Source: Eledone cirrhosa (Eukaryota). From it: a DNA stretch of 64,000 nt. The position numbers and the translations under genes were made by a program. Position 1 is the stretch's first letter; the number at the start of each line of letters is the position of its first letter. Below are positions 47,028 to 61,109 of this stretch, in pieces. Where the stretch lies: contig OZ024740.1 in assembly GCA_964016885.1 (NCBI GenBank), positions 80,476,001-80,540,000 on the forward strand, read 5' to 3'. The notes under the pieces are model-generated. The model was not told the origin of the DNA and did no database searches. It saw only the letters and a program-made list of their open reading frames with translations.

Positions 47028-49262
47028 TCTGTAACAAGAGATACTTTGGGCGATTTTAATTAATTTTACGGTGTTCCATCTGAATATGGCGTTATTTTGA
47101 TCAATCAAATCTAGATTTTTATCTACAAAATACCCCCTATATACCAAATTTACAAAATTGTAAATTAGCATGCAGAACATCATGTGTTCCTATTTGTCTA
47201 ATAAGAATGCCTTAGCTTGTTCTTTTCGTGACAACCTTTAGGGAGAGAACTGTATAGGCCATGTCCATGTTAGAACACTTTCATTTAAATGCATGTTTCG
47301 GATGTTATTGTGACTTGCATTAAATTACTAACTGCCATATCACTGAGGGCTGCTGTTTTTTGTATTTCTCCATTTCAATATGCTTCAATTTGCATGGCAT
47401 TAACAATAAGACGTTTATTTCGTAATGACCCATATCACCTTTGCTATAACTGAGACTGTAGGAGAAACATCACGACGTATAAGCAATATACAAAGATTAC
47501 TTCAAAATGAAACGTAGAGACCAATAAATATGTTTTGCTCCATATATTATATGCAAAGGTTTCAGTGATCGGCTCTTCTTGTGGTCCAGTGGCAAGATGA
47601 AGTAAATGCTATTTGTCACTCCAGTGGCATGGCCAGAACAAAGCAACCATTCTATTGATTGTTTACATTACAGATGTTGAGGGATTCAATAAGAAAACTG
47701 TATCAAGTACCCCAATCTGCCATCTTCCAGAAGACCACAGCCATGTGAAGATGAAATTCCTACTGTGCAATCAACAATTGAATGAGCCAGATGATGATTT
47801 CGATGACGAAACTGGCTGTGAAGATCAAATAGATGACACGGATTTCGAAATTCCTCATTCATGCCCTAAAATAATTGAAAAACAACTGGATCATTTTGTT
47901 CGAAAGTTGGGACTTTATAAGAATGATGGTTACCTGGCTGCAACAATGTCCAGAGAATTTCGTGTCTTAACCCAAGGAACCAAAACAACAACATACAAAC
48001 TACGAAATCTGTGTCATCTATTTGATCTATGTTGAGGTTTTCGACACACATGAACTGGGTTGGGTTTATTGCAAGAACATTACTGGTTTGAGGATGGCGC
48101 TGGGGCCTTCCTCTGATGCAAGACAGATTGGTGGTTATTCATTGATCGCAGGGTTTCCAGCTTAAAGGTAGCTATTTTACATGTTGGGAATGAATACCCA
48201 AGGATTCCTGTGGGTTATTCGAGGAAGGCAAATCATACGATACTATCACGATGTTACTTTCCTTGATCATGTATGATGATTCCAGGTGCTAGAGACTTGA
48301 AAATCATAGTTTTTTTAACTGGAACACAAAAGAGCCACACAAAGTTTTGCTGCCTGTTGTGCTTGTGGGGCAACCATGCACAAAATGAACAATACAATCG
48401 GAAGGGTTGGCCAGCAGGTCATAAATAGAGAACAGCGAATAAAAGCGTTCAACATGTACCAATAGTTCTATCTGAGCTAATTGTGTTACCACCACTAAAT
48501 TTGAAATTTGGGATCTTCAAACATATGAAATCACTGGACCCCGAGGGGCAGCCAATCACGTTCGCTGAAAGATATTGTTTCTCGATTATGCGAAGCAAAA
48601 ATTAAAGAAAGCGTGTTCGCAGGATTAGAAACTCCCAAATTGTTGATAAATATAGATGTTCAGAGAATCACTGAATAAAGTGTCCCTTTAACACAGAATC
48701 ACAAACTACGAGTTTGTGATTCTGTGTTAAAGGGACAGTTGAAAATTTTCTAAGAATGAACCGACGCCCGAATTACAAATATATCATATCTGACCTTCAT
48801 TCGATGCACAGGGTTTCAAAATCGCCTTGAAGATTCACTTTTTAAAGAATCTTGGATATCTTTCCTTTGGGCCTGGTTAAGATCAGTGATGAATATAGTG
48901 AATGATTTCATCAAGTAATCACTACTATTGAAACTAGGTACCAAGGGCAAACCAATCGATGACAGACTATTGCTGGCTTAATTCTTCTTTAACTCCATGC
49001 TACAGATCTTGACAGTGAAATTAATGCTCTAAATGTTTGTTATTTTTCTTCTAAGAGTATATTGTTTAATTATAGTTTAGTACATCAACGTTCACATACA
49101 ACGTTACATACAATGTTCACAAAATTAGACCCCTTTTCTTTAAATATAGTATATGTGGGATATCTTGCAGATCAAAATGTAGACTTGATGGAGCAAAACG
49201 GATTTCATATTCATAACGAGCACCCTACAATTAACTAAACGCCCCTAAAATAGTGTTGCTAA
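47028..49262 (+). mobile_element. Fossil DNA transposon, Chapaev3-like
   Basis: Imperfect terminal inverted segments ~47031-47120 and ~49174-49260; transposase remnants WWLFID..SLKVAILHVGN, AKIKESVFAG, LKIHFL, SDEYSE.FHQ..ETRYQG, DYCWL. Confidence 0.55.
48681..48737. repeat. Perfect hairpin, 27-bp arms and 3-nt loop
   Basis: TGTCCCTTTAACACAGAATCACAAACT-ACG-AGTTTGTGATTCTGTGTTAAAGGGACA. Confidence 0.95.
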
Positions 49263-51299
49263 AAGAAAAAAATAGTGTTATGCTAGCTCGTTGATGTGCC
49301 ACATTTGGTACACGTTTATACCATTTCCTATCCGTGTAAAAATGTTGACATATTGCTAACTCGATTATATGTCTGTATATATTCAGACATCAACATAATT
49401 AAGCAGCTGTAGTCAACCATCGTATTGTGCTGGCTGCACATTCCGAAGCTGGTGTTAGAATCTGTTTTTGTTACTTTGTTCATAGAGTTGTTTGTAGCCA
49501 TTCATTCATCATGTGCTACGAGAATCGGTCGTTCTCTTTCTGCTCTTAGTTTGGAGATTCTGAGCCATTGTTGACTTTTACTTTGGCTTATTTCGTTTCT
49601 GTCGAGCCTTGTTGGGTGTTTGCTGTGGACGGCTTTTCTCACCATTTTTCCTTTAATATGTTTTGTCATCCAGATTTTATGCTTGTTTCTGTCTTTTTAA
49701 CAATTGTCATTTAAATTTATTGTTTCAACGTAGTTTGGTTCCGTTTCATACTTTATATAGAGTAAAGTGTATGTTTATGCTTATTACATTTATCAATCTT
49801 TAGTTAAGTGTTTTTCCCGTTTAACTTAGCTTCTCGTTTATTATATTGAAGTTATAATTTATAACTGGCATTAACCAGTGTATTTATACCTATTATCGTA
49901 TTTCTTACATTGAGTTAAGTTTTTCATATTTGTCTAACGCTTTTATAGTATTCGTTCCTAAATATATCTTTCATTTCCTTGTGTTGTATTTTGACTATTT
50001 TGTCTTTATGTATAGAGTTGGGAAGATATATAATGTTGATAATGTGTACCGTATTGACAATGTTCATACTGACAGTATTAAAATGCTGATAATATGTATA
50101 GCGTGACCTAAAAGGCATTAATGGTATTTAAGAAATAAAACATTTCATGTTCTTGGTTCTATATTATTTATTACTCTAAGCAATGAACTGAATGAGTCTC
50201 GAAGCGGAGGAAAAAATTCATTGTGTTATTGTTTCAGTTCAATTCTGCGTTTCAACTTATCGAGATCGATAAAACAAAGTACCGGTCCATGGCTGTGGAA
50301 AGGTGGAATTATTAGAGCGTCGGGCATGGTGTCCTATGTTCTTTTCTCCAGCTTTTTGCGTTGTGAGTTCTAATCCTGCTATGGTCTACCATTTCACGAT
50401 TTAACATTACCACGTGATCCATAGGTGATTTTAAAGTAGTTCATTCTGCCGTAAGTATTCGGATCAGCTCTTCTCTTTACAGGGATATTTTCCTTCCTCT
50501 TTCAAACTAGTTACGATGGTCCTGAAAAATGTTCATGTCTATTTGTGTATGTATACTCACACTGTATATTACAGCCACATTCCTATTTGCCAACAGAACA
50601 ATAGAAAGCTTCACATTCGACTATTTTACGAACTTCTTTCATTAGACGGCAGCCATGCTGGGACGCCGCATTGAAGTAGTTTAGTGAACCATATCGACTT
50701 CAGTACTTGATTTCTTTCAAGTTTGGTATTTATTTTATCGATCTCTTTTGTTAAACCTCTAATTTACGAGATATAATCACTCAGTAAATATAAATACACA
50801 TAAATATATACTTATACGTATAAAACAGGCTTCTACACAGTTTCCATTGACGAAATTTTTCGTATACGTCAATATAAGGATATAGTAGGAGACTCTTATG
50901 CAAGGTAACACATAATTGGACTAAATCTGAAACCACATGATTGCGAAGTAACTCCATAATTACACAGAGATCTACTTATATGATGAAATACTACAAATAC
51001 TACAAATACTATGAAATATTCAGCCTGCCGATATTCATATCTCAACAAGTAATTCTCAAACTAAGTATGTTTGAGTGAGAGAGAATTACATGTACGTATT
51101 CAGATAAAATACCTTACGGTATTTGTTCTGTATTTTTGTGATTCAATCTCACTGAAGTCAATTTTGCTTTTCATCAGTTTTAGGGTTGATAGAATAAATA
51201 CAAGTCAAGTTCTGCCTGAAGCCTCTCTTCTCTACTTGTCACATATTGATGTTTTGCTAACGCGAGAGTGATTGGGCGATAAAGATATAGCTTCACGCA

Positions 51300-51330
<31 letters not shown>

Positions 51331-51767
51331 CTTCTTCTTCTTCTTCTTCTTCTTCTTCTTCTTCTTCTTCTTCAAGCTATACCAATCGTCCTGATGGATG
51401 TTATCCAACCATTTTGTTCGGGGTCTACTCCGTGTTCTCCTGCCAGTTGGCATGGCCCGTAAAATCTGTCCAGTGATTCTTTATTTAGATATTTTAACCA
51501 CATGATCCTAGTATCGGAGCAGTGATCTAACAATTTGGTGAAGTAGCGACTCTACCTGGAGCAACTCTCTGATCTCTGAGCTACGCACCCTGTCGAGTAA
51601 CGTTGCTCCAAATACCCTTCGGAGGAACCTCATTTAAGCCGCTTGTAATCGCGATCGTATTACCTTCACGAACACAGAATTGAATATAGTGAATATGGTT
51701 TTTACATCCACCTACCTTTTTCTGATTACCGAATACTGATGCGGGTGCATTATTGCTCCACCTAGGG

Positions 51768-51950
51768 TGGTGGATTGGCAGTATCGGTAGAGGGTCGGAC
51801 GCCATGCTTTCCAGCATAGTTACGTCCCTTTATGATCTGAGTTCAAATCCCGCCGAGGTTGACTTTGCCTTTCATCCTTACGGGGTCGATAAAATAAAGT
51901 ACCAGTAATACACTGGGTAATTTGCTGGCCTTGTGCCTAAAGTAGAAACA
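51768..51950 (+). mobile_element. tRNA-derived SINE (younger) with TSD
   Basis: A/B boxes; ATTATTGCTCCACCTAGGG at 51749 and 51951. Confidence 0.88.
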
Positions 51951-51966
51951 ATTATTGCTCCACCTA

Positions 51967-52178
51967 GGGCAGTGGATTGACAGTATCGGTAGAGCATCGG
52001 ACACCCTGTTTCACGGCATAGAGTTACGGCCCTTTACGTTCTGAGTTCAAATCCTGCCGAGGTTAGCTTTGCCTTTCATCCTTACGGGGTCGATAAAGTA
52101 CCAATCACGCACTGGGGTCAATTTAATCGTCTCTCCCCACTCTCCAAAATTGTTGTCCTTGTGCCTAAATTATAAACC
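51967..52178 (+). mobile_element. tRNA-derived SINE (older) with TSD
   Basis: A/B boxes; followed by ATTATTGCACCAACT at 52179-52193. Confidence 0.85.
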
Positions 52179-52929
52179 ATTATTGCACCAACTCATGCAA
52201 TTCTTGCATTTAATTCAGACCCCTGCTTCCCATCACCCGTGAAAATGTGCTCGAGGTACTTGCACTTCTCCATCTGCTTTAAGAATAACTCTAGAGCTGT
52301 GAAATTTTGTATGCAAAAATGTTAACTCTTCTTAATAACTGCATTGTTTCATTCCAGCGCTATGTTGAAAAACTTTATTTGGTCACATTCCATGAGAGTA
52401 TCATGATCATCTTGTGAAAGAGTGATGCTAGAGCTGTTAAATCTTGCCTGCATTAAGTTCAACTTCATTTGAACTATACCACACATCTAGTAAAATTGTT
52501 ATTTTACGTAGTCAGATCAAATTTGTAATTAGCAAGAGTGCCAACCTACTTAATGTAGTGAGCAAAACAATTTCAATTAATTAAATTTTCAATTGAAATG
52601 ATGAGAGAGAATCATAGACGTATTGACAAATGGTAATTAAATCTGGTAAAGTTAAAGGGTCAAAATAACAATTAATTAACTTTAGGATGATGTATGCAGT
52701 GAGGACCAGTAGTTGTTAATTTTGATAAAAGGGCTAATATTCTTATTCAATGCCTCATTTATAGTCTGTCTGATTGACTTTTATTCAATTCAATCTTTCT
52801 AATTTTCCCTTCTTTTTATATACTATCATCTTCATTCCCATTTCCCATAATTACCTTTTTTCTGAAAAAGCACTTTTTTAACGCACGTAATCTATCATAT
52901 GTTCTATAATAGTGACCCCCCCCCCCCTA

Positions 52930-53168
52930 AAAAAAGAAAATCGAATCGATTGACAAGGTTCCAGACCCAACTCACCGTCAAATCGGATCAAGTAAACAAT
53001 GTTTCTATTGGTCTTTCCATTGCTGATAGCATCCACCGGTCGCAACTATTGGCAGAAATAGCAACGTGAAATATAAAGTCTTGCTCAAGGACATAATGCG
53101 TCGCGCGTCCCGGGAAACGAACTCACAAACTCTGGATTGCCAATCTAATTCTCTAACCACTAAACCGT
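52930..53168 (-). mobile_element. Degenerate SINE of another family
   Basis: Minus strand GGTTTAGTGGTTAGAG (A-box-like), GAGTTCGTTTCCC (B-box-like), TGTCCTTGAGCAAGAC; related remnants at ~27.7, 29.6 and 50.9 kb. Confidence 0.6.
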
Positions 53169-55483
53169 TTAAATATTAGCAGAAACCCAATAAAATGTAT
53201 ATGTGGTTGTTGTTGGTAATGTTCTTTCATTTAATTCTGAAGCTGTATGTATATAGAGATTCCGAGTTCAAATATCCAAATGAAGAAACCATTTACAAAC
53301 TAAAAAGCAACTCCTACCCGCACAGAACTGTTATACTCACTTTAATTTATTCAGTGTTGCCAAAACGTTTGTCACACTATTTGTGACCTGGTCACTGATA
53401 TAATTCCATGTAATTGTTTGGAATGACTACAATACCATTTTCACGTTGTAATCACTTCAGTTTCAATAATCGGTCTCGAATATAGTCATTGTAAAACAAG
53501 TACAACTCCAGCATTTTCAGAAAACTATATAACAGTAATAGTGAAGTTGTTTAGTGAAAGAATTTATACAATTATTACATTTTGTATTTTTATATTTTGC
53601 TTGAAAATTCATGTAATCAATTCGATTTTCGTTGTTCATAATATAAAATTTATAGAATTCTTGCAAAGCACTTTTGTCTGAGAAGTGGTGGGTGTCTACC
53701 AAATATTACGCCATTACATCCCACTGGCACCGTCCGTCAATGAAGGACATTTTGTGTAGTCAGTCGGTTGCCTATACATAGTGGCCAGATCGTTATGAAA
53801 TCATGTTCAGCCGTCTTAGAAAATTGTGTTTACAGGTTATGTAATATAGCCATAGATAAGTCACTAGGATGGATCACATTTCACAATAAGTAATCTAGAT
53901 CAGAGCTAATCTGGTTACTAAGCATCAGCCTCAGCACCAGTCCCACGATTTATAGAAATAATTGATAATATAGACCTATGTTGGAATAAAAGAAGAAACG
54001 ATCACGCCTAGAGGGATTTTGGTTACAGGTCTGTTTCAGCATAAGTAACATGTGGTTAAATAACATTACATAATCTTAATGAATTTTTCGCTTTGAGATA
54101 ACAGTTAAAGTTATATAGATTTCTACTATATTTCTTGCTAACATTATTTGGAGTTTATTATATCAAGGTAACGGAAGTCGTGGTTACACTTGAGAAAACG
54201 GGGAACAGAGCACTAATGGAAATAAAGTAAAAAGCAATTTCTCCGTGGGGAAAATATGAATACATGGACAGATAACTGAATATTGAATTATGAATACATA
54301 CATAGATTGACTGATCCAGGAAAACGATGGATCCAGATAAAGAAAACATGGCGAAGGTCAACGGGAAAGATTTTGGCAACGAATTATATAACAATCTTAA
54401 AGAAAGATAATTTATGGCTTCCAGAAGAAGAGTCGATAAAAGGAAGTATGCCAAGAAGATTGAAATGCTGTAATGGATTCATAGATGGGTCACAGTTGCT
54501 TGTATAAGTAATCAGCAGAAAATTAATTCAAATAATTTGGCTGCTTTTAAAGAAGCAGAACTGAGGATATAAATATATTCACAGTGTATGTTATTGTTGT
54601 TGTTGGATGGAACTCAAGTATATTAGAGTATAATTGCAATAGAGCATCTAAATTATTTTGTCGATGTTTCTAAGTTGGACTATGTGTCATGTTGAACAGA
54701 CATAGAGAAACTTAAAACTGGCAATAATAATTTTTAAATATAACAGGGAACTTTTCCGTGAATATTGAACAGTTGCCTTGAGCAGATTGAGTGTCCGTTG
54801 CTATAAAAGTTTCCGAGAGGCTTCCACTCTCGGCCTTCAATGCTTAATAATTATATACTAAACATTTTTGAAATAAATATGTTTGCTCACTTGAGAAGTC
54901 TTCACTAAAACGTGCTCAAGAAAAAAATTATAAAGTATATTCATAAATATCCATCGAAGTATTCTAGGGAAACATTCAAATTTAATAGTTATGCCATAAC
55001 AACATTTAATAAATTCGACTCTTCCATACTCAAAAGATGTAAAAAGTATATTAAGAAGATGCTGTTGAGTAACCAACAAACCTGTTTATGGTAAAAAGAT
55101 TCCATTTTTAGTAATATTAAAAAATATAAAAAAATGTTAAATTCAATAAAAAATAACTTTTACATAAAGTTCTTTTACAGGCTGTCATGAAAAGGAGGAT
55201 AACCCTTTTTACTATAATCCTTCTTGATGGCTTCACTAACCTGATTAGCACATTCTCAATAATGAACAACTTCATTCCATTCCTAACTACTTTTTATTCT
55301 CTTCTTTGTAAATAGTGTATCATACGTTTTTCTTTTATGTACCTTTTTTATATGTCAAATTTATACACGACTAAAGAAATAAATGATAAGAAAAGAAAAC
55401 TAGCATTTGGTTGTTAATTATAGCAGACGTCACAAGGCCAAAAGTATTCAGACCAGGTATCAGGTTTGAGAATACATTTTGAG

Positions 55484-55515
55484 TTGTAGTAGTAGCAGCA
55501 GCAGCAGCAGAAGTC

Positions 55516-55572
<57 letters not shown>
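55484..55572. repeat. (AGT)n/(AGC)n microsatellite
   Basis: Direct reading. Confidence 0.95.
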
Positions 55573-55581
55573 TATATATAT

Positions 55582-56281
55582 ATGAAAACAGGGAGGAGAC
55601 GATTATTAGGAAGAAAAATATATTTTTTTCCTTTTTTGTTTCTCTCTCTTTTTTCTGGGTTAGAAAATGATTAAAACGAAATGTTTTACTTTGTGTGATG
55701 TATTAAGGTATTAGTTGATTTATTTATTATTTAACAATGGCATCTATTTATATATTTAATAATTGTCTATTACCGGTTTCAGCATTTTTATGCATTATCA
55801 AATGATAGTGAAATGTATTAGTGTGGTGTCGCACATGTTAAACAGAAGGTGCAGAAAGAATAATGTTATTTACAAACAAGGTTTATGAAGTGAAAAGAAA
55901 AAAAGAAAAAGGAAAAAAAACGGGCATAATGTAGAGCATAAAAAGTCAATGTGGAAGAAAAAATAATGTTATTTACAGGCATAGTTATTGAAGTTAAGCA
56001 GATCAAAATGTGTTAATATAGCAAGAGTGCTTAGTTGATCCATGATTCCACGATGGAGTCAAATGGTGGACTGCGGTTTGATATGATTTCCATTTTTAGA
56101 GAAATAGATAAATAAATGCCATTGTTAAATACCAAATAAATCAACTAATACCTTAACACTTCACACAAAGTAAAACATTTCGTTTTAGTTATTTTCTAAC
56201 CCAGAAAAAAGAGAGAGAAACAAAAAAGGAAAAAAAAATATTTTTCTTCCTAATAATCATCTCTTTCTCCCTGTTTTCATA
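55582..56281 (-). mobile_element. Non-coding hammerhead-bearing element with ~170-bp inverted ends, in (TA)n
   Basis: ~56109-56281 is the reverse complement of 55582-~55750; same family as 31131-31800. Confidence 0.8.
55765..55808 (-). ncRNA. Minimal hammerhead, U3-A8 variant
   Basis: TCAT-TTGATAA-tGCAT AAAA ATGCt-GAAA-CCGG-TA-ATAGA; helix I weak/bulged. Confidence 0.6.
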
Positions 56282-56322
56282 TATATATATATCCTAACTC
56301 GTGTGCTTCCTCTCTACATTTT

Positions 56323-56354
<32 letters not shown>

Positions 56355-56419
56355 TATATATAATTCGTTTTCGAATATCTTTTGCGAGATTTCTAATCTG
56401 AAAACGTGTGTTGAAACAG

Positions 56420-56830
56420 ATATTGTTATACTTTAGGAGCGTAATGCCCCCCCCCCCCAAGAAAAAGCACGCACCTGTTGTTTTTCACTTCAATTTATTA
56501 TAAGTTTCCGGTTGATTGGAGAACATAAAGACAAACATTATATATACACACAGAAAAGATGCAATGCTCAGACAAATCACAGAGGCAACGCATATAAACG
56601 AACTCCATCCAATATTAAACAGAAAACCTGAGTGGAATAGCAACATCACAACTAGGAATTAAGGAGACACAAAAACCTAGTCACTGAAGAGGTCACAATA
56701 TATAAACATCCATCTGGTTATCGATCCAGCCAACCAACCAACCGGAAACTTATAATAAATTGACGCGAAAATGAACAGGTGCATGTGTTTTTTTTATTGG
56801 CAGCATGACTCTCCCAAAGTATAACAATAT
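56420..56830 (+). mobile_element. Severely truncated PLE: GIY-YIG C-terminus + pLTR, with inverted pLTR copy upstream
   Basis: LRQITEATHINELHPILNRKPEW*; 56420-56519 is the reverse complement of ~56735-56830; imperfect hammerhead GTCA-CTGAAGA-GGT..ACCg-GAAA-CTTATAA..TGAC at 56681-56764. Confidence 0.65.
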
Positions 56831-56905
56831 ATATATCCTATCTTCCTTCGGTTGCAACGTTTTTCGAAATATTTACTTATGCGTTTACAGATTGATTTTT
56901 TTTTT

Positions 56906-56956
56906 AGTTTCAGAAGATCCCGTTAAGGGTGAAAGCAGCGATTCTTTGCTTAAACT
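56906..56956 (+). ncRNA. Hammerhead-like motif with U4A core change
   Basis: AGTTT-CAGAAGA-tCCC GTTAA GGGt-GAAA-GCA..TGC-TT-AAACT. Confidence 0.55.
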
Positions 56957-57063
56957 TTAATCTGTTATTTTAATAAATATTTGCTCTACGGTTCTTATAT
57001 ATTTGATATATATTTATCCTTATCGAGCCCTCTTTGGATTTTAGTCTTCAAATTTATTATTAT

Positions 57064-57153
<90 letters not shown>

Positions 57154-57247
57154 GAAAGGGGAATTCATTAAAAGCTAATTCTTTAAAGCTATAATTTATA
57201 TTAACAAAGACAGAGAGACTACTGTAAACAGGTTCAAATTGGAACAC

Positions 57248-57510
57248 CAATCCTTGTTTATCTCTTAACCCAACGATGCCTGCAAGTCAGGTGTCTATAT
57301 GATGTGTGGGATTCATTGGTTAAAGAATAGGGAAATTCTTTAGAAGCTAATACTTTAAGGCTGAAATTAGGATGACAAAGGCAGAAAGATTTCTATAAAC
57401 AGATTCAAGTGTTGGGGTGCTGCCCCTTATTGTGAAGTTTCTCTTAATTTATATTCCCGGTGTCAACAAGCACATTCACACACGCGCCTTCTTACACACA
57501 TACATACACA

Positions 57511-57568
<58 letters not shown>

Positions 57569-57771
57569 TAAATTAAGAGAAACTTCACAATAAGGGGCAG
57601 CACCCCAACACTTGAATCTGTTTATAGAAATCTTTCTGCCTTTGTCATCCTAATTTCAGCCTTAAAGAATTAGCTTCTAAGAATTTCCCTATTCTTTAAC
57701 CAATGAATCTCACCCATCATATAGACACCTGACTTGCAGGCATCGTTGGGTTAAGAGATAAACAAGGATTG
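57248..57771. repeat. ~207-bp inverted duplication around (TA)n, fused to the 5' end of a PLE
   Basis: 57565-57771 is the reverse complement of 57248-57456. Confidence 0.9.
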
Positions 57772-59437
57772 AGAGCCCATTCGATGTCTCAATGGGCTCT
57801 TATGATAGTGCTGATGTTTGTGATTTGGTCGGCCTATTCCTCCTACATACACTTAAAGAAAAATTCCCTAACCATATTTTTGGGCTTTATCGCGACGATG
57901 GTCTAATACTTTCCCATACCACCATAGGCCATAACTTAGATAGATTAAGGAAAGACTTAATAAAACCTTTGCTAGTTTTAATCTTAAAATTACTATTGAC
58001 ACTAACCTTTCCAATGTAAATTTCCTAGATATAAACCTAGACTTGCCTACTGCTTCTTATAAACCATACTATAAACCTAATGAAAACTTAAAATATATAA
58101 ATAAAGGCTCTTGCCATCCTCCTATAGTTTTTAAAAACCTTATCCCTAGTATTAACCGTAGGATCTCCACCCTCTCTTCCTCAGAAGCCATTTTCAATAA
58201 GGCATCCCCCTACTATAATAAAGCCCGTCAAAATAGCGGTTTTAGCGAACCGATTAAATACATACCCAACTATACTAACTCTATTAAACATAAAAACAGG
58301 AAAAGAAAAATAATCTGGTTCTCACCCCCCTACTCTCTAGCAGTTAAAACTAACGTAGGCAAAAATTCCTAGAGCTCTTAGATAAACATTTCCCTAGAAC
58401 ACATAGATACTATAAGATCTTTAATAGAAACTGTGTCAAAATTAGCTACTCATGCGCTCCCCCTATTAAATCCTATATCATCAACAAAAAATCACCTAGA
58501 GAACATCAAAATTGCTCCCGTAGAATCAAAAGTGAATGCCCATTACAAGTTAAATGCAACACCAAAGCCATTGTATATGCGGCTAAAGTGACAACCATCA
58601 GCAACAACCAACCAGCCACCAGTGAACGATATGTGGGTATGACGCAAGACAAATTCAAAACGCGTTATTACTCACATGTCGCATCCTTTCGACAACCAGA
58701 AAAAAGATTTACAACAGCTCTGGCTAGCAGAATATGGGATTTGAAAGACCAAGGTATCCAATATAAATTGGATTGGTCAATTTTGAACCAATCTAAAAAT
58801 ATGCAAGAGGAACAAGAAAATGCACGCTCTGTATAAATGAAAAATATTGGATTTTGCAAAACCTTAAATCACCAAAGACCTGCCTAAACACAAAGACAGA
58901 CATTTTCACCAGTTGCCCACACATGAAATCACACCTGCTTGCCAGCTCATATAAACTTAACACACTTTCAGATACTTATCCTCCATAAGCTCTTATTATT
59001 CTCTTTAAGACTACCTTTTCTGATTTACTTTCATTTTTAACCTTATTATTAATTTCATCTTTATTTTTATTTTTATTTTTATTTTTATTTTTATTTTTAT
59101 TTTTATTTCTATTTTTATTTTTATTTTTATTTTTATTTTTATTTTTACTTCACATCCACCACTACCCCCCACCCCTTTTATTGTCCGATTCACTTACCTA
59201 ATATCTTCACTTTCCACTTTTTACGTCCCTATTCTCTTCACTACCTGATTACACAAGTCAATTGCGTTTTCCACTCCAGATATTTTCTGTTATTTCGCAG
59301 CCATTTTTTTATATTGGTACTCACTTATACACAAGGCCGTTTTTACACCCTGTATCTATGTGTCTGAGCGTCTTTATATGTGTATACATTCTGTATATGT
59401 ACATGAACGCCTCCGTATATGCGCGCGCGTGCGTGTG

Positions 59438-59468
<31 letters not shown>

Positions 59469-60525
59469 TTTCATATCTGTGTTTTTACATCAATTTTTTT
59501 ACATTCTTATTCTTATTTTTATGTGTGCGCATGTAAGCGGGTCAACGTGCGTGAGTGTATGTATGTGTGTGTGTATGTATGTGTGTACGTACTGAATGTA
59601 TGGATGTGTAAGTGTGCGTATGTATATATGTATGTGTATATTTATGTGTGTGTATGTGCGTGTGAGTATACAGTCGCGTACGTACGCGTGATTAGATATA
59701 CATGGGGCGAGGTGTATGTATGTGTATGTGTGCATCCTGTGTGTGTATGTACACTTGCTTACGCTTTTGTCTGCACGTTTTGCGTGTATATATATATATT
59801 TTTTTATAGATATACGTTTCTTATAGATATATGTGTGTATGTACGAGTGTACCTTGTTTGTTTTCTTTACTTCGCAATTTTTTTCTTTCTAAATTATTGT
59901 TCCATTTTTATAAATATATCGAGAATGATACTTTCTTTTTACTATTACACTCCCTTACCTCTTTTTCTCCCGCATATAAGTGTACGCGCGCGTGTGTGTG
60001 TTTATACGCGTGCCTTCATATTCTTATAATGTATCTAATACCCTGTTTTTCTGTATACCTGTCAAACGGACATTCATGTCTGTGTCTGTAGTTACATATA
60101 CACAGATATCTTTACCCTCATATATATATTTACGCACACATTTTCACTATACACACACATTTGTACATACATACATATGTACATCTGTGAGTGTATATAC
60201 ATACATATACACACACCTAACTATATTTCTTGAAAACATTTTTATATATTTTATATGTCTATTGTATTACCTTCACCTATATTTACATAATTTTTCTTGC
60301 ATTTCTTGAGGAGACTTTCCAAATATATAGCTATGTTTTATATTGCTTCGTCCGACGAACGAATGAAGACGTTTCTTTCGTATTCGCCTTATTCGGGAAA
60401 CCTCTGGTAATGAGGTAATTATATTGTATTGTCGTTTTTTATACATTAAATTATGCTCTGGTACTTACATAGAGCACTCTTCACTCCTATGACTTTTTCT
60501 GTTTTCAACGGAAACTTCAATACTT
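57772..60525 (+). mobile_element. 5'-truncated Penelope-like element (RT C-half, GIY-YIG, long microsatellite-rich 3' UTR)
   Basis: FDVSMGSYDSA, GLYRDDG, GSCHPP, KRKIIWFSPPYS, IVY..YVGMT..FKTRY.SH, CPH; coding ends ~58988. Confidence 0.85.
60346..60415 (+). ncRNA. Hammerhead-like motif at the PLE 3' end (core CCGACGA, U4C)
   Basis: CTTCGT-CCGACGA-aCGAATGA..TTATTCGg-GAAA-CC TCT GG-TA-ATGAGG. Confidence 0.65.
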
Positions 60526-60547
60526 ATATATATACACACATACACAC

Positions 60548-61103
<556 letters not shown>

Positions 61104-61109
61104 ACTATA

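Larger units (their letters stand above)
46560..50130 (-). mobile_element. Very old R4/Dong-like element split by a DNA transposon
   Basis: 49280-50130: SQQWLRISKLRAERE..; 46560-47010: IIWD..GPDIIIKD..KLSKYKNL..CKMW..VPVI (RLE domain). Confidence 0.6.
51301..52285 (-). mobile_element. 3' fragment of an RTE-clade LINE with (GAA)n tail, interrupted by two SINEs
   Basis: KYLEHIFTGDG..ELNARI; MRFLRRVFGATLLDRVRSSEIR; GRRTRSRPRTKWLD; (CTT)n 51301-51373. Confidence 0.75.

Noticed and set aside
54150-55200. Possible old LINE remnant or exon
   Set aside because: Short ORFs without a recognisable motif; cannot be supported by eye
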